NCBI RefSeq assembly: GCF_006345805.1
Contig: NC_042997.1
Span: 109,182,001-109,246,000, forward strand
DNA: 64,000 nucleotides
Direction of reading: 5' to 3'
DNA from: Octopus sinensis
Taxonomy: Eukaryota
The notes beneath the pieces were generated by a model. That model was not told the origin of the DNA, searched no databases, and saw nothing but the letters and a program-made list of their open reading frames with translations. Made by a program: the position numbers and the translations under genes. This document shows, in pieces, positions 1 to 13,505 of this stretch. Within the stretch, counting starts at the first letter, position 1. Each line of letters opens with the position of its first letter.

Positions 1-571
1 AATAAAATACTCACGTATGATCATGGAAAAAGCACAAGCTAAAAACATAACTACACTTGAGTACATCACTTATATCTAAAAATAAAAATTCTTTGGTCAG
101 CCTCAGAAAACAACGTCCAGACCTTTCGCCGCTACAAATTGTAATGGTTACCAGTCCTCCTGTAGCAAGCATCGAGTTTACTACTAAGCAATATAGGATG
201 AAGTCCCTTACTCTACAGCAAAGGAATTCATCAGGAAGCGTGGGCAGTATATTTAAAAAAACCGTTACGGTTGCAATATACATCATATAATTAAGGGCTA
301 AAGAGGGTTATTCTAAAGCCAAATACACTGTTTTATCCCCTTATAATCCGCTTGTTACAGGAAAATTGAAACTGAAAACGGGCAACTAACCTTTAGAAAA
401 TTTAAATTTCGTTATCTCTATATTGAATCAATTTCGGACTTAATCTTATAAAAAAAAGATATATTCCTTCTTCAGTAGAACTTTCGATGGGATATAAATA
501 AAATACTCACGTATGATCATGGAAAAAGCACAAGCTAAAAACATAACTACACTTGAGTACATCACTTATAT
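1..571 (-). mobile_element. HHR-bearing non-coding unit (retrozyme / PLE pseudo-LTR), 496-bp period, runs off window start
   Basis: 1-75 is repeated directly at 497-571; HHR at 416-480; abuts (TA)n at 567-585. Confidence 0.7.
416..480 (-). ncRNA. Type I hammerhead ribozyme
   Basis: Minus strand reads TTCTA-CTGAAGA-A-GGA...TCC-GAAA-TTG-ATT-CAA-TA|TAGAG; stems I, II and III all pair. Confidence 0.75.
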
Positions 572-627
572 ATATATATATATGTATGCATGTATGTATG
601 TATGTATGTATGTATGTATGTATTGTG

Positions 628-908
628 AAGGCGGTGACAAGTGGGTTAAAGGGTTCGGCTTAATATCGTAAGGCGTTGAGTTCAATACACGGTGATGTGT
701 TGTGACCTTGAGCATGACACTTTATCTCTCGGTTCTCCACTCTTGTCATTCAAAGCATCTGCCTGTGTCACGCTGAATCTCCATGAGAATTACATTAAGG
801 GTAGGCGTGTCTGTGGAGTGCTCAGCCACATGCACGTTGATTTCACGAGCAGGTTGTTTAATTGACTGGAGTCAGTTCGAACCCTTGAGGTTGTAACCGA
901 CGGACTGT
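628..908 (+). mobile_element. tRNA-derived SINE, family 3 (Nin/Deu-like core)
   Basis: A/B-box-like head (GAGTTCAATAC); 3' half TGTGTCACGCTGAATCTC...TTTCACGAGCAGG...GTAACCGACGGA shared with 61237-61610. Confidence 0.7.
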
Positions 909-1070
909 TATATATATACTATTTGTGTATGTATGTATATTGTGTGTGTATTTGTGTGTGTGTGTGTGTGTGTATGTGTGTGTGTGTGTGTGTGTACCTG
1001 ATACATATTTTAAATATTTGTCCGTTTTTCCTTGTCATAGTTGAGTCAAAAACTATAAAACCAACAACTA

Positions 1071-1071
<1 letters not shown>

Positions 1072-1163
<92 letters not shown>
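1072..1163. repeat. (TTA)n microsatellite
   Basis: Direct inspection. Confidence 0.95.
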
Positions 1164-1164
<1 letters not shown>

Positions 1165-1410
1165 GAGTGAGAGAGCAGTTCATGCCATCAAAGTGACACT
1201 GGGGTAAAATATACGAAGCCCAATATACCTATCATGACTACCCGTCTGATAAGGGTACACCAGGCACATGCATCACAACCATATGTGCGCGAAATGGTGA
1301 TCTCATATCAAGATAAACAGCACATGACCTTGCAGGTGGGGCCCAGTTAGAAATTTCTTCTGGTTGAGTAGCCCATCCCGCTCAAAAGGTCCCTGAATAA
1401 GGGTTGTTTA
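1164..1410 (-). mobile_element. Short non-coding insertion splitting a (TAA)n tract (Dong-dependent SINE or 3' end)
   Basis: Complex sequence flanked by (TTA)n on both sides; minus strand ends CTCTCTCACTC-AATAATAAT. Confidence 0.55.
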
Positions 1411-1870
1411 ATATTATTATTATTATTATTTTAAATCTCATACTGGATGTGTATGTATGTATACATACACGCACATTGGCACACATATACACGTACACAA
1501 CCTGCGCAATTTTACTGATTTTTATATATGATATAGAATTTAAAAGATTTCACCTTTTACTGAAAATAGCGTAGTTTTTCCGAAGCATTGTAAATATTGT
1601 GGATATGACTGAAAACTCATAAAGAGAGAAAATAATAGACAGAGATTGATTGGAAGAGGAAGGGATGTTTGAAATATAATAGAAATTGATGTCTTGGATC
1701 GAAGAAAAATTAAAATTTTCAAGGTTTGTTTTTGCTTTCCTTCTGTGAATTTTCTCTTTTAGTGTGAGAAATTTATTAACTTCTCTCATCGCGAAATGAA
1801 GCCAAGAAGTACCAGCTTTATTAAAGTTACTTGGTATAATCAAGGTAGGATCTATCTATTTATCTATCTA

Positions 1871-1940
<70 letters not shown>

Positions 1941-2028
1941 CATCAATATGTACTCACATATATATATTTATCTATCTATCCGTGTATACGCACACACACA
2001 TACATACACACACATACACACACACACG

Positions 2029-2101
<73 letters not shown>

Positions 2102-2143
2102 AGAGAGAGAGAAGTAGATATAACTATATCTGTGACTGTATGG

Positions 2144-2313
2144 AGGCGCAGGCGTGGCTTTTTTATTAAGAAGCTTTTTTTCCTAACCACATAATTCTGG
2201 GTTCAGTCCCACTGTGTCGCACCTTGGGTAAGTATCTTCCACTATAGCCCCAGGCCGACCAAAGCCTTGTGAATTTGGTAGACGGAAACTGAAAGAGGCC
2301 CATCGCACACACA

Positions 2314-2344
<31 letters not shown>

Positions 2345-2351
2345 CACCACA

Positions 2352-2388
<37 letters not shown>

Positions 2389-2635
2389 ACACACACACAC
2401 ACCACACACACACACATATATATACATCTGTGTGTCTTTGTGTCTCTGTTCTCCCCTCTCTCTCCACTGCTTGACAACCGATGCTGGTGTGTTTATGTCC
2501 CCGTAACTTTTCGATTCAGCAAAAGAGGCTTACAAAGAATTAATCCTGGGATCGATTAGCCCGACTAAAACCTTTTAAGGCGGTGCTCCAGCATGGCCGC
2601 AGTCAAATGACTGAAAGAAGGAAAAGAATAATAGA
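2144..2635 (+). mobile_element. tRNA-derived SINE, family 2, with internal (CA)n
   Basis: GGCGCAGGCGTGGCT head, GGGTTCAGTCCC B-box, ACCTTGGGTAAGT core, tail AAGGCGGTGCTCCAGCATGGCCGCAGTC; several copies in window. Confidence 0.85.
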
Positions 2636-2670
<35 letters not shown>

Positions 2671-2767
2671 TTTGTGTGTCTTTATATATATACAGAGAGG
2701 GAGACAGTGGGGAAGAGAAAGACATCCAGACAGAGAGAGTGGGCGAAAGAGAGAGAGAGAGGGCGAA

Positions 2768-2818
<51 letters not shown>

Positions 2819-3089
2819 GGAGTGCGAAAGGTACAGACAGAAGACTTAAGAGAGAGATATATTATGTCCTTTGATATAATTTTCTGTAAATATTTTAGTT
2901 CCTGGTTAATGGATGTGGAATAGACAAATAGAAAATGTAATAAGCAAGCATAAGGCCTACATATTTTTTTGTTTTCTGAGAGCCGAAGCTAGTTTTATTT
3001 GAATGAACTTTGACAAAGATAAGCCAGATCAAAAGATGTATCTACATACTTGTTATCGATGTCTGAGTTTCCACGTGAATCCTTCCATC

Positions 3090-5190
3090 TTTTACTAACC
3101 ACAAACACATTGTCATTGCAGAAATGTCAACGGAATGAAAATAAAACTTTTCGGAGATAAGACAATTATAATGCTAGCTAATATTTTTGAAGGAAAGCTC
3201 TTCATTTCCTACTGGAATTAAAGTGCTATGTAAAAACCAGCAACTACGAAAACTGACGCTGAACTTTGAAACAACTTGTGAGGAAGAAAGAGACTCTGGT
3301 AAAGATACTTCGAAAATGCAGTGATTGAAATACGTTGCAAGAAATATCCAGTTCATGGCGGATATCTGAAAATAAAAATGGAAAGGAGTGGAAAGGGTTG
3401 AAACAGACAAATATTATTCGCAACATTTGCTGAGAAGCGCAAATTTTAAAACGAGTTCCGTAATTTTTTTTAGTTGTGACAGTGAGAATCTTTTCACGAG
3501 AATTCGCCAAAGTAGAATAAAGTAACTGCAGGATTTGGGATGGAAGGGAAGTAAGTATTAACTACATTGTCTCTGGTTCCCAGTCTTAGCAAAGGAAGAA
3601 TACATCCATAGACATTACAGAGTTGGAACTTACAATCACTGGAAGTAATGCCAGCAATATGAAATACCAAGAGAGAAAAGAGATAGTATATGCATACGCA
3701 AGAATCAGTCTTTGGGAATGGCAAGGCAACAATAGTCTAGGCTGTGATAATACGCAGACAAAATGATCGAGGGAAGTTGAGAAGATATTGTAGTCAAGGA
3801 AACAAGGACTATACATGTTTCCTAATCAAAATGTCAATTCCAACTGATGACATCGTCAGTAAAAATTAAACTTTGGAACTAATACATTGATGATACACAA
3901 CATAGAGTAAAAGTAACGTTGCTAGGTACTCCACACATGTTGTGTAAAATGCTAAGAACGCAATCGAAAACATGAAACGAAAAGAAACCACTACACATAC
4001 GCGAAACGCACTTTCTATAGTTCAGTGGAAACATGTAAAATAAATAAGACGGGATTAATAGGTATGATGTGCTTATCATGAAAAGAGGGAAATAGTGTCA
4101 TCCGATGGTGTAGAACTACTTACTCAACGGCGAAAGAATTGAAGACGTTGAGACTGATGGATTTTGGGAGTATGACAAAATCAAGGAGAGTGAGATAAGA
4201 TAAAGGAAGGCTTTAGGGAAGAATAGCTCAGAGAAATCCAAAGTAATCATGGGGGGGAGACTCAATGGAAAGAATAAAATCAGGGAAATGAATATGTGGG
4301 CTGTTTCCTTAAAGCAATATGGCGCTGGTGTTTTTAGGTGGACAAAGAACGAGCTTGAGGGAATCGATAGAAAAGAAACCCCAGGAAAGTGCTGACAATG
4401 AACAAGGAACTGCACTCTAAAAGCAATACCGATAGACTGTGTGTGCTTAGTTACAAGGGAGGAAGAGGCTTCATACGATGAAAGATCGGTGTTGTCAATT
4501 AAAAAACAGTCTGGGATGGTTCAACAAACAGCAGACTGAACCTTTGTTGTTGCTGTTAGAAATAGCAAGAGGATGCCTACTGAAAATGTGACACACTCAA
4601 AGATATTTATGAAACAAAAAGATCAAAGATTAACCAAATGGAAAATGTAAACAACGCATGCGCAATACCTCAGAGAAATCGAAGGGAAAGCAAGACCAGC
4701 AACTGGAGGTGGCTAAGAAAAAGTGATCCGAAAGGATGCACTGAGGCATTGATTTTCAGGAATACGCTTTGAGAATTAATTACTCCAAGTTTCAATTAGA
4801 TAAGTGTACCGAACCGCCCCTTTATAGGATGTGACATAAAAAATGAAATATTCTCACATATTGCGCAAATTGGCTCAGTAGAGATACAAAAGGAATCATG
4901 ATATCATAGCGAAGTATGTTCACTGGAGATTGTGTGAGAAAGATGGTCTTGGAAGAACACGGAAATGGTACGAGCATAAACCAAAAGGTGTCACCGAGAA
5001 TAAGGAGTATAAAATCTTGTGGAATTTTACAATCCAGCGTGATTCATTGTTGTAGCTGATAAAATAATGAAAAACTATGGCAATATCATAGATATTGCTA
5101 TCCTTGGGAATTTACAAGTGGATAATGAAGAACTAGAAAATATTGAGAAGTACAAGCCACTAAAGGATGAGATTTGCATGAAGAAACTCA
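3090..5190 (+). pseudogene. Heavily decayed R4/Dong-clade non-LTR retrotransposon (RT to RLE)
   Basis: Broken-frame peptides LNGKNKIREMNMWAVSLKQYGAGVFRWTKNELEGIDRK, ELHSKSNTDRL..KGGRG, WYEHKPKGVTENKEYKILWNFTIQ, IIDIAI..EKYKPL parallel the element at 15.4-18.4 kb. Confidence 0.8.
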
Positions 5191-5199
5191 GATAGATTC

Positions 5200-5370
5200 A
5201 GTGTGACACAGAATGCGATAAGGCTGGCCCTTTGAAATACAGCTATAAATTTTTGTCAGCTGAGGGGACTAAAACAACTTGAAAAGAAGTGTTTGCTCAA
5301 GGATACAATGCTCAGCCGGGAATCGAACTGAGGGCCTTACAAGCGTAGGATCCTAATCACTAAGCCACGC
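5200..5370 (-). mobile_element. SINE family 3 fragment (tRNA head)
   Basis: Minus strand GCGTGGCTTAGTGATTAGG...CAGTTCGATTCCCGG...TTGAGCAAACAC. Confidence 0.6.
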
Positions 5371-6014
5371 TTAGTTAAAAGATAGGTGTTTCGCGAATGT
5401 TTAAATACGCGCATAGAAATGGCGATCCAAAACCATATGACTTACAAATAGAATATTCAGGAAACAGCGGTTATGGGTCTTGCACGAAATAGGAAAAAAA
5501 AACCCAACCCAAAACAACACATCGCACATATCCGATACACACAGAGCCGTGCTTGGTTGTGCATTGAAGACATGCAGTGTAAATATGACGACTGGAAAAT
5601 TATAATTAAAAAACAGCATCGGTTTTATTTTTTGAAACGCAAGAGTAAAACATGTCAAGTTTTTTTAACAAATTTATTAGCGTCATTCTGGGAGTAAATA
5701 AAACAAGATTGACATTGAGTGGCGGATGAGTTGCGAATAAACATTGAATAATATAATCAACCAAACGTGTAGAGTTGTCAGTGCCGTTCAGTTGGTGTGA
5801 CAGCTTTAATTGTCTGTCTCTGGCTTCATTGAATTCTAGAGACGACGAAACCTCAACTACGAGACCAATTTTGCTGGTTGAGCGTCCCTTGTCAGTGGAG
5901 CCAAATGTTATGCATCCTTGACAATAATGGTAGGATATTGTTATTTATCGCCCGACTCAGACCAAAAACAAACTAATTATAATCCTCTCGTCTTAGTTCA
6001 GACATTGTTTATCT

Positions 6015-7435
6015 AACAATAGTTTATCCAACTTATTCTTTCCTTTTACCAGACAATAATGTTAAATTTGAGGTATAAACGGCACTATTTCATTAATTAT
6101 GAAGAGCTCCGTAGAGGATCCCTCCAAGAGAATCCAGAGTGAAAAAGACTTCTGTTCAATGATTGTTTGCTTCTTGACTGGAGAACTTCAGTTGAAGACC
6201 ACACGCAAAAGCTTTACTATTGAAATGGTGGCGTTAGTAGCAATAGCAGGTTCACTTCGATTAATGACGACTGATATTTTGGTACAAGGCCGGCAATTTC
6301 GTGGTAGAAGATGCATCGATCACACTGGCACCAGTGCACAACTGGTACTTATTTTATCATTTCATATCGTCTACAAATCCTTATATTGTCTACAGAGCTC
6401 TTGCTAAACTCATATTCTTATTAAAACTATTAGTAAAGATGCTTCCCCTTAACGCATTACTCTATAGAAGACTGTCAAATATATCCTTTTCTACTCTAGG
6501 CACAAGGCCCGAAATTTTGAGGGAGGGGACCAGTCGATTAGATCGACCCCAGTACACAACTGGTACTTAATTTATCGACCCCGAAGGGATGAAAGGCAAA
6601 GTCGACCTCGGCGGAATTTGAACTCAGAACGTAAAGAGAGACGAAATACCTATTTCTTTACTACCCACAAGGGGCTAAACACAGAGGGGACAAACAAGGA
6701 CAGACAAAGGTATTAAGTCGATTACATGGACCCCAGTGCGTAACTGGTACTTAATTTATCGACCCCGAAAGGATGAAAGGCAAAGTCGACCTCGGCGGAA
6801 TTTGAACTTATAACGTAACGTTATATGTTATACGTTCAACAGCTGGGCTTTCTGTGTTGCACCTCAGCTGCTTCGCTGTTATTTTTGCTGGGATACAGCT
6901 CCAATGTAACTATATTCTTAGGCAAGGTAATCAGGACTAGCGTGTGTGTGTGTAGACTCCGTCCAATCCCCTTGTCAAATCCTATTCCAATTAGCTGTAA
7001 TATTTCGGCGCCCTCAAAGCAAACCCAATCATAGGTTTTTAACAAAATGCTTACAAGAATATGAATAAGTTTAGTAAGAGTTCTGTAAACAATACAAGGG
7101 TTTGACTAAATAAGTTCCAGTTAATCGAATTACCCCTCCTCCAAAATTGCTGGCCTTGTGCCAAAATTTGAAACCAATACCAGTTGTCATTGACCTAAGT
7201 GAATTTGCTTTTGCTACTAATGCCATCATTTCAGTAGTAAAGCTCTTGTGTGTAGTCAACGGAAGATCTCCAGGTAAGAAACGAGTAATTATTGCATAGA
7301 ATCCTTTACACTTTGTTCTATGCTGGAGGGATCTTCTACGGAACTGTTCACACTTGAAGAGATAGTAGACAATTATACCTCGGATCGCATATTACTCTCT
7401 TAAAAATGGAAGAATAAGTTGGATAAACTAATGTT
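6015..7435. repeat. Old inverted duplication, arms about 6015-6440 and 7035-7435
   Basis: TAGTTTATCCAACTTATTCTT, CCGTAGA.GATCCCTCCA and AGCTTTACTA.TGAAATG.TGGC.TTAGTAGCAA occur in both arms in opposite orientation. Confidence 0.8.
6484..6815 (-). mobile_element. tRNA-derived SINE, family 1 (Meta-domain-like core), dimeric
   Basis: Two copies of GAGTTCAAATTCCGCCGAGGTCGACTTTGCCTTTCATCC.TTCGGGGTCGATAAATTAAGTACCAGTT on the minus strand. Confidence 0.85.
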
Positions 7436-8284
7436 ATTTTTTCGCGGCAAAGGTTAAAACGATCCAGTCACCATTGTCACTGCCAGTCTCTTTCTCTATG
7501 ACCAGGAGTTCCACCGCTGCAATATATTCTGGTACGAGATGGCTAGCAGGTACTTGGCACACTAAATGCATCCCTTTCGCCTTATCCTCAGAGTTAACGT
7601 AAGGCTTGCAGTCCAACAAACCCTTCCTTCACTGAGAGAAACTACAATAATCCTTATTATCAGCCAGGGATACTTTTCAATTGCTCCTGAGGGGGCATTT
7701 GGTAAATCTCTTCACTTTTTGGTAGGGCAGATTATCACCACTTTCTGTCCTACTTTTCTTACGATAAAATCATGCAAGAAAACTGAAGATTCTCTGGAAT
7801 AATTACTCCACATTGAATGTCTTTTTTCTCAGAGATGCCTGCTGTTCATTGTTATTGTTTAGGTGAAAGGGTAGCAGGGTGGCAGGAGAGACATTGGCCA
7901 AGAAATATCTGCCTTGTAATTGTATTTCTCGTTTGCCGTTTGTGAAACTGTTGGTTATGCTGTGCGGCACGACTGTCTGCTCGTTTAAATATGGTTGTTT
8001 TTTTCTTTCTGTTTGTCAAATTTAATTTTACAACCGCTATATATTTTTACTCTAATGTTTAGAGACTTCTTGACATTTTTGTGGGGTTTGCAAGCCAGAC
8101 CAAGAAGGCACAAATAAATACTTATGAAATAAAAAAAAAACCTAATTGCATAACCCTAACCATCGAAAAGTATATTTTTTCATTAAGCATAAACACAATA
8201 ACTTGATGCTTGTATGGACCTAAGTGTGTGCACATCCACTCTACTCAACACAGAAAAAAAACAACAACCATAGTCATAATTGTT

Positions 8285-8475
8285 TCAAAGTTTGGCACAA
8301 GGCCAGCAATTTCCAGGAAGGAAGTAAATAGATTCAACTGGTACTTATTTTATGGACCCCTAAAAGATGAAAGGCAAAGTCAACCAGGGCGGAATTTGAA
8401 CTCAGAACGTAATGACAAACGAAATACTGCTAAGCATTTTGACTAGCGCGCTAACGATTCTGCCAGCTCGCCGCT
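8285..8475 (-). mobile_element. SINE family 1
   Basis: GGCGAGCTGGCAGAATCGTTAGC head plus core on minus; a further degraded copy lies at 8745-8905. Confidence 0.8.
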
Positions 8476-8595
8476 CGTATGATATTAATAATGGTTTGAT
8501 TTAGGCACCAGACCAGTAATTTTGAGGGGAGGGGGACAATCGATAATATCGACCTTAGGACTTCACTTATACTGAACGCATCGGAGGCAAAGAAG

Positions 8596-8644
<49 letters not shown>

Positions 8645-8930
8645 ATAATAATAATAATAATAATAAAATAATAATAATAATAATAATATAATAATAATAG
8701 TAATAATAATAATACTAATAATAATTTCTTTCTGATTTTGTTGTCACAGGCCAGTATTTGTGAGGGGAGGGGCTTATTCGACGCCAAGGGCTCCAGTACT
8801 TGGCTGGTACCTTATTTTATGGGCCCCTGAGAGATGAAAGGCAAAGTTAACGTCGGTGTAATTTGAACTTAGAATGAAAAGAACCGGAAGATATATCGCA
8901 AAGTATTTCTTCTGATTATTATTAACATCA

Positions 8931-8991
8931 GTAATAATAATAATAATAGTATAAAATAATAATAATAATAATAATGATAATAATAATAATG

Positions 8992-9052
<61 letters not shown>

Positions 9053-9531
9053 GAAGAAGAAGAAGAAGAAGAAGGGGAAGAAGAAGAAGTAGAAGAAGAC
9101 GGGGAAGGGGAAGGGAAGAAGAAGAAGAAGAAGAAGAAGGGGAAGAAGAAGAAGCAGAAGGGGAAAAGAAGAAGATGAGAAGAAAAAGAGGAAGAAGCAG
9201 AAGGAGGAGGAGGAGAGGAGGAGGAGGAGAAGAAGAAGAAGATGGGGAAGAAGTGGAAGAAGAAGAAGAAGCAGAAGAGGAAAAGAAGAAGAAGAGAAGG
9301 AAAAGAGGAAGAAGGAGAAGAAGCAGAAGAGGAAAAGAAGAAGAAGAGAAGGAAAAGAGGAAGAAGGAGAAGAAGGAGGATGATAAGAAGAAGAAGAAGA
9401 AGGAGGAGGAAGAGGAGGAGAAGAAGAAGAAGAAGATGGGGAAGGAGTGGAAGAAGAAGAAGACGAAGAAGAAGAAGAAGAAGAAGAAGGAAAAGAAGAA
9501 GAAGAAGAAGAAGAAGAAGAAGAAGAAGAAG

Positions 9532-9561
<30 letters not shown>
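8931..9561. repeat. Compound (AAT)n then about 510-bp (AAG)n/(GAG)n polypurine tract
   Basis: Direct inspection. Confidence 0.95.
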
Positions 9562-9563
<2 letters not shown>

Positions 9564-11084
9564 TTTGTATGAATGAGTGTAATTGCAAAAACAAAAAAGA
9601 ATCAGATCTTATTCTGACTGATATGTAAAAGAATGGTATTCTGGAGTCTTAGATTGAAGAATAGAAGCTAAATACATAGGAAAAGGTTCCCTTTTCAGTT
9701 ACACGAAACAAACTGTTTATTCCTCTGAAAGCTTTCTAGCGAGAAATGAGCTTATCAGTTGGGTGTCACCCCTCGCCAATTGCTCCGCATCTCTTGCAAG
9801 CTATTAAGGCAGATATGTTTGCATTCAACCATGATAGCGTTCTCTTCGTCTTTGGTTCGCTGCTCTCTCTTGCAGATAACTCTAACTTTCCACTTGACAT
9901 CTCATCAATTAATTACAAGGAAAATTATGGTCTCTCTCGCAACTAATACATGCTTGAGCGGTGCGCATGCGTAATCAAGTAATTGTTTCATTTTCTGTGG
10001 AGTAAATGTTGTCCAGATAAAGACATTTCAAATTACATAGAACGGTCATGACAAGCTCTATAGCACTTGCACTAAATCTGTATTTCACCGGCGATGACGC
10101 ATCGGGTAAATAATTGTAAGACTATACACACTTGCACACACTTATACACACGCACACAGACACACACTCATATACACACATTTACACACACATACACACA
10201 CATATGTAGTACACACTCATATATATATATGCACACGCAGAAATTATCTTGAGAAAGACCTAACCAGTTGCTAAGACGGTATTAGTCATTCGTTTCTGAA
10301 TACAGAACAGCAAAATGTGCTTCATTGTTCGAAATAGAAAAGTAAAGATGGAATTTAAGCGAGAATGCACACAAATTCACATTTCTTTCATTACAATTTA
10401 ACTATATCGATTATAAGAGCAATGATTAAATTATCGAAATATGTAAAGATGGATTTTCTCCTTGAGTTTGTTTACGAATTCAATTCCACGAGAAAAACAT
10501 TCTCCTTCTACATCGAAACATACAATAAAAGTGACTTGTATTAATGAGAACCGTTCTATATTTACTTGGTCGTTTTGTCTAACGCTTTACGTCGAGGAAA
10601 TTAAAACTATTCGAAGAAGAATTACAGAATTGAATCGTTTAATTTCTTTCTTTTACATTTTAAATCACTCGTTAATAGATTTCACTAAAATCTTAGCTGC
10701 ATGTTTATCGCAGGATTATTTTGAAATTCTCGAAGCACGCAGTCGAATATATAATATTTATTTACTCTCTCCTTACTATTGTTATAAATTAATTTGAAGA
10801 TAAGAATGTTGCTAAAGGAAATAACATCATTGTTAATCTAAAGTCGTTTATCATTCAATGAGGAATCCATAGTATCGATCTATAAGAAGAAAACAATGTT
10901 AGAATTCCACAAAGAATACATAAAAATATGAAGAAGAGGGAGCGGTTAACCAAAGCGTTTTATTTAAGTATAATTCTTGTTAGAGCTGTTAATTAAAAGT
11001 CAATCATTATCACATTAAAACGTGGGCTGTTCAGTGTTTAGTCTTCTTCATGTAGCAAAAGCTTGAGTATTTGTGAAGAGGAAC

Positions 11085-11117
<33 letters not shown>

Positions 11118-11328
11118 AAGAAAATGGGGAGATAAGAGAGAGAGAGAGAGAGAGAGAGTGAGTGAAGGTAAAAAAGAGGAAGAGATGCAGATGTGGATGA
11201 AGCCAATAAGTTCGATTAGCAATCACAGGTTTCCGGTAAAAATCTCATCGCGCAGTCGCTTAGTGAAGGAGGTTCTAACAAATACCTTGAGACTGGAATA
11301 TATAAGACGGAAAAGGTGCAGTAACCAA

Positions 11329-11385
<57 letters not shown>

Positions 11386-12229
11386 GTGTGCGTGTGTGTG
11401 CGTGTGTGTGCGCGCGCGTATATTATGTATGTGTGCATGCATGTATGTATATATGCAAGCTTGTACGTATGCATATATGTATATATCTATGCATATATAT
11501 ATGCATGTACGTATAAATTCATGCATGTATGCATTACAATATGTGTGTGTATGTGTGAGTAAATAAATATCACATGTGTATGTATATATATCAATATATA
11601 TGATATGTTTGTATGTGGGAGGATTATGTATATGTTTGTACGTGTATCTATGTTTCACCGGTAAATAAACATCCGTGACAAACCAGAAAGACCGGCACAC
11701 GTCGCATGAAGCCCTTTACAATAATTGTTTTGAACCGATTTACGGGCACTCCCTTGTTAGTTTCGCCTATCAGTAAACCAGCTATTAGACACATATAACC
11801 AATGTCGCTATTGTTTGTCAGTTACGAGTTAGAATAAAACGTTGAAGGAAGAGTAAGCTATAAGCGATTTATGAGTGGAACAAATTCGTTGATTCTATAC
11901 ATATTTAAATTCGAAATTTCTAGAATTTTTTTCAGCGTGTTTCTATTGTGTCTGCCATTTTCGAAAGCGTTTGACACAAATATCTTCGTCGAATTGTAAA
12001 AACACCTAAAGGCATAAGCTGAGCATTGTTGTTCAATTAGCATTCCGTCGTATTAGATATGACGATCTCGTATTTACTAATATAATTAAACTGGTAATTA
12101 AACATTTCAGATAATTATTAAGCAACATGTTTACACTCGCAAAAAAGAATTGGAGTGCATGTAATTTCATTAATGAATGTTATATTCACAATACATACAT
12201 ATACACTGAAGTTTTTATACTATACATTT

Positions 12230-12410
12230 TTCATATATGTATATATATATGTATATGTATAAATATATGTGTTTGTGTGTGTGTATATATGCACGTGTGT
12301 GTAAGTGTGGATGTGTATATATATGTATCTGTATATATATATATGTGTGTGTGTGTGTATATACATGTGTGTATATATATATGTATATGTATATATGTAT
12401 GTATATGTAT

Positions 12411-12484
<74 letters not shown>

Positions 12485-12567
12485 TGTATATGAATATATA
12501 TATATGTGCATATATTACATGTGTGTGTGTATGTCTGTGTGTGTATATATATATGTGTGTGTGTGTA

Positions 12568-12612
<45 letters not shown>

Positions 12613-12845
12613 ATGTATGCATTTCAGTATCTATCAGTACGATGCACGATCTTTCGGATTTACTCAGCGGATGTAATGTTGTGGTACCTAAATGCCTGAG
12701 GTACATTCGAAATATGGAGATGTCAGGAGATATAAATGATTAGCTTTTATACATGCGAACACTATATCACCCTATCTATCCGTGCTTGCACATATAATCA
12801 TATATGCATTTATGCATATGTATGCATTTATACATACATATACAT

Positions 12846-12933
<88 letters not shown>

Positions 12934-12936
12934 CAA

Positions 12937-12967
<31 letters not shown>

Positions 12968-13040
12968 GAATATACGTGTACATATTCATACACAGGTATG
13001 TTCAAATGAATTCTTGTATATATATACATATATACATATA

Positions 13041-13077
<37 letters not shown>

Positions 13078-13140
13078 CGAGAGTTTACGAAATATATATA
13101 TGTATATACATAATACATACATATGTATACGCTTATATAT
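12230..13140. repeat. (TA)n/(TG)n compound microsatellite field
   Basis: Direct inspection. Confidence 0.9.
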
Positions 13141-13297
13141 TTGTATGCCCACATGAATGGATGTACACATGTATGCATATGCGTGCACCTATAGAAGTAT
13201 GATCGCTGTCATGGACGTTATCAACCACGTGATCTCATTAGGGTTTCCTATTAGTTGTTGAAATTTATGAATGTTTCATATCTTTTGATATTTCTAA

Positions 13298-13505
13298 GGC
13301 AGCGAGCTGGCAGAAACGTTTGCATGCCGGGCAAAATGCTTTGCGGTATTTCGTCTGTCTTTACGATCCGAGTTCAAATTCCGCCGAGGTCTACCTTTGC
13401 CTTTCATCCTTTCGGGGTCGATAAATTAAGTACCAGTTCCGTACTGGGATCGATCTAATCGACTGGCCCGCTCCCCACAAATTTCGAGCCTTGTACCTAG
13501 AAAAG
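13298..13505 (+). mobile_element. SINE family 1
   Basis: GGCAGCGAGCTGGCAGAAACG head, GAGTTCAAATTCC B-box, core GCCTTTCATCCTTTCGGGGTCGATAAATTAAGTACCAG. Confidence 0.85.

Noticed and set aside
228-234. Second CTGATGA on minus in the first unit
   Set aside because: Part of a simple hairpin; no correctly placed GAAA, and no SECIS geometry
7436-8030. Possible LINE ORF1 remnant
   Set aside because: Multiple stops and no clear motif
8869-9628. Long ORFs of poly-L, I, R, K and E
   Set aside because: Translations of (AAT)n/(AAG)n microsatellites; the same holds for all [12 protein letters not shown] and LSLS ORFs in the track
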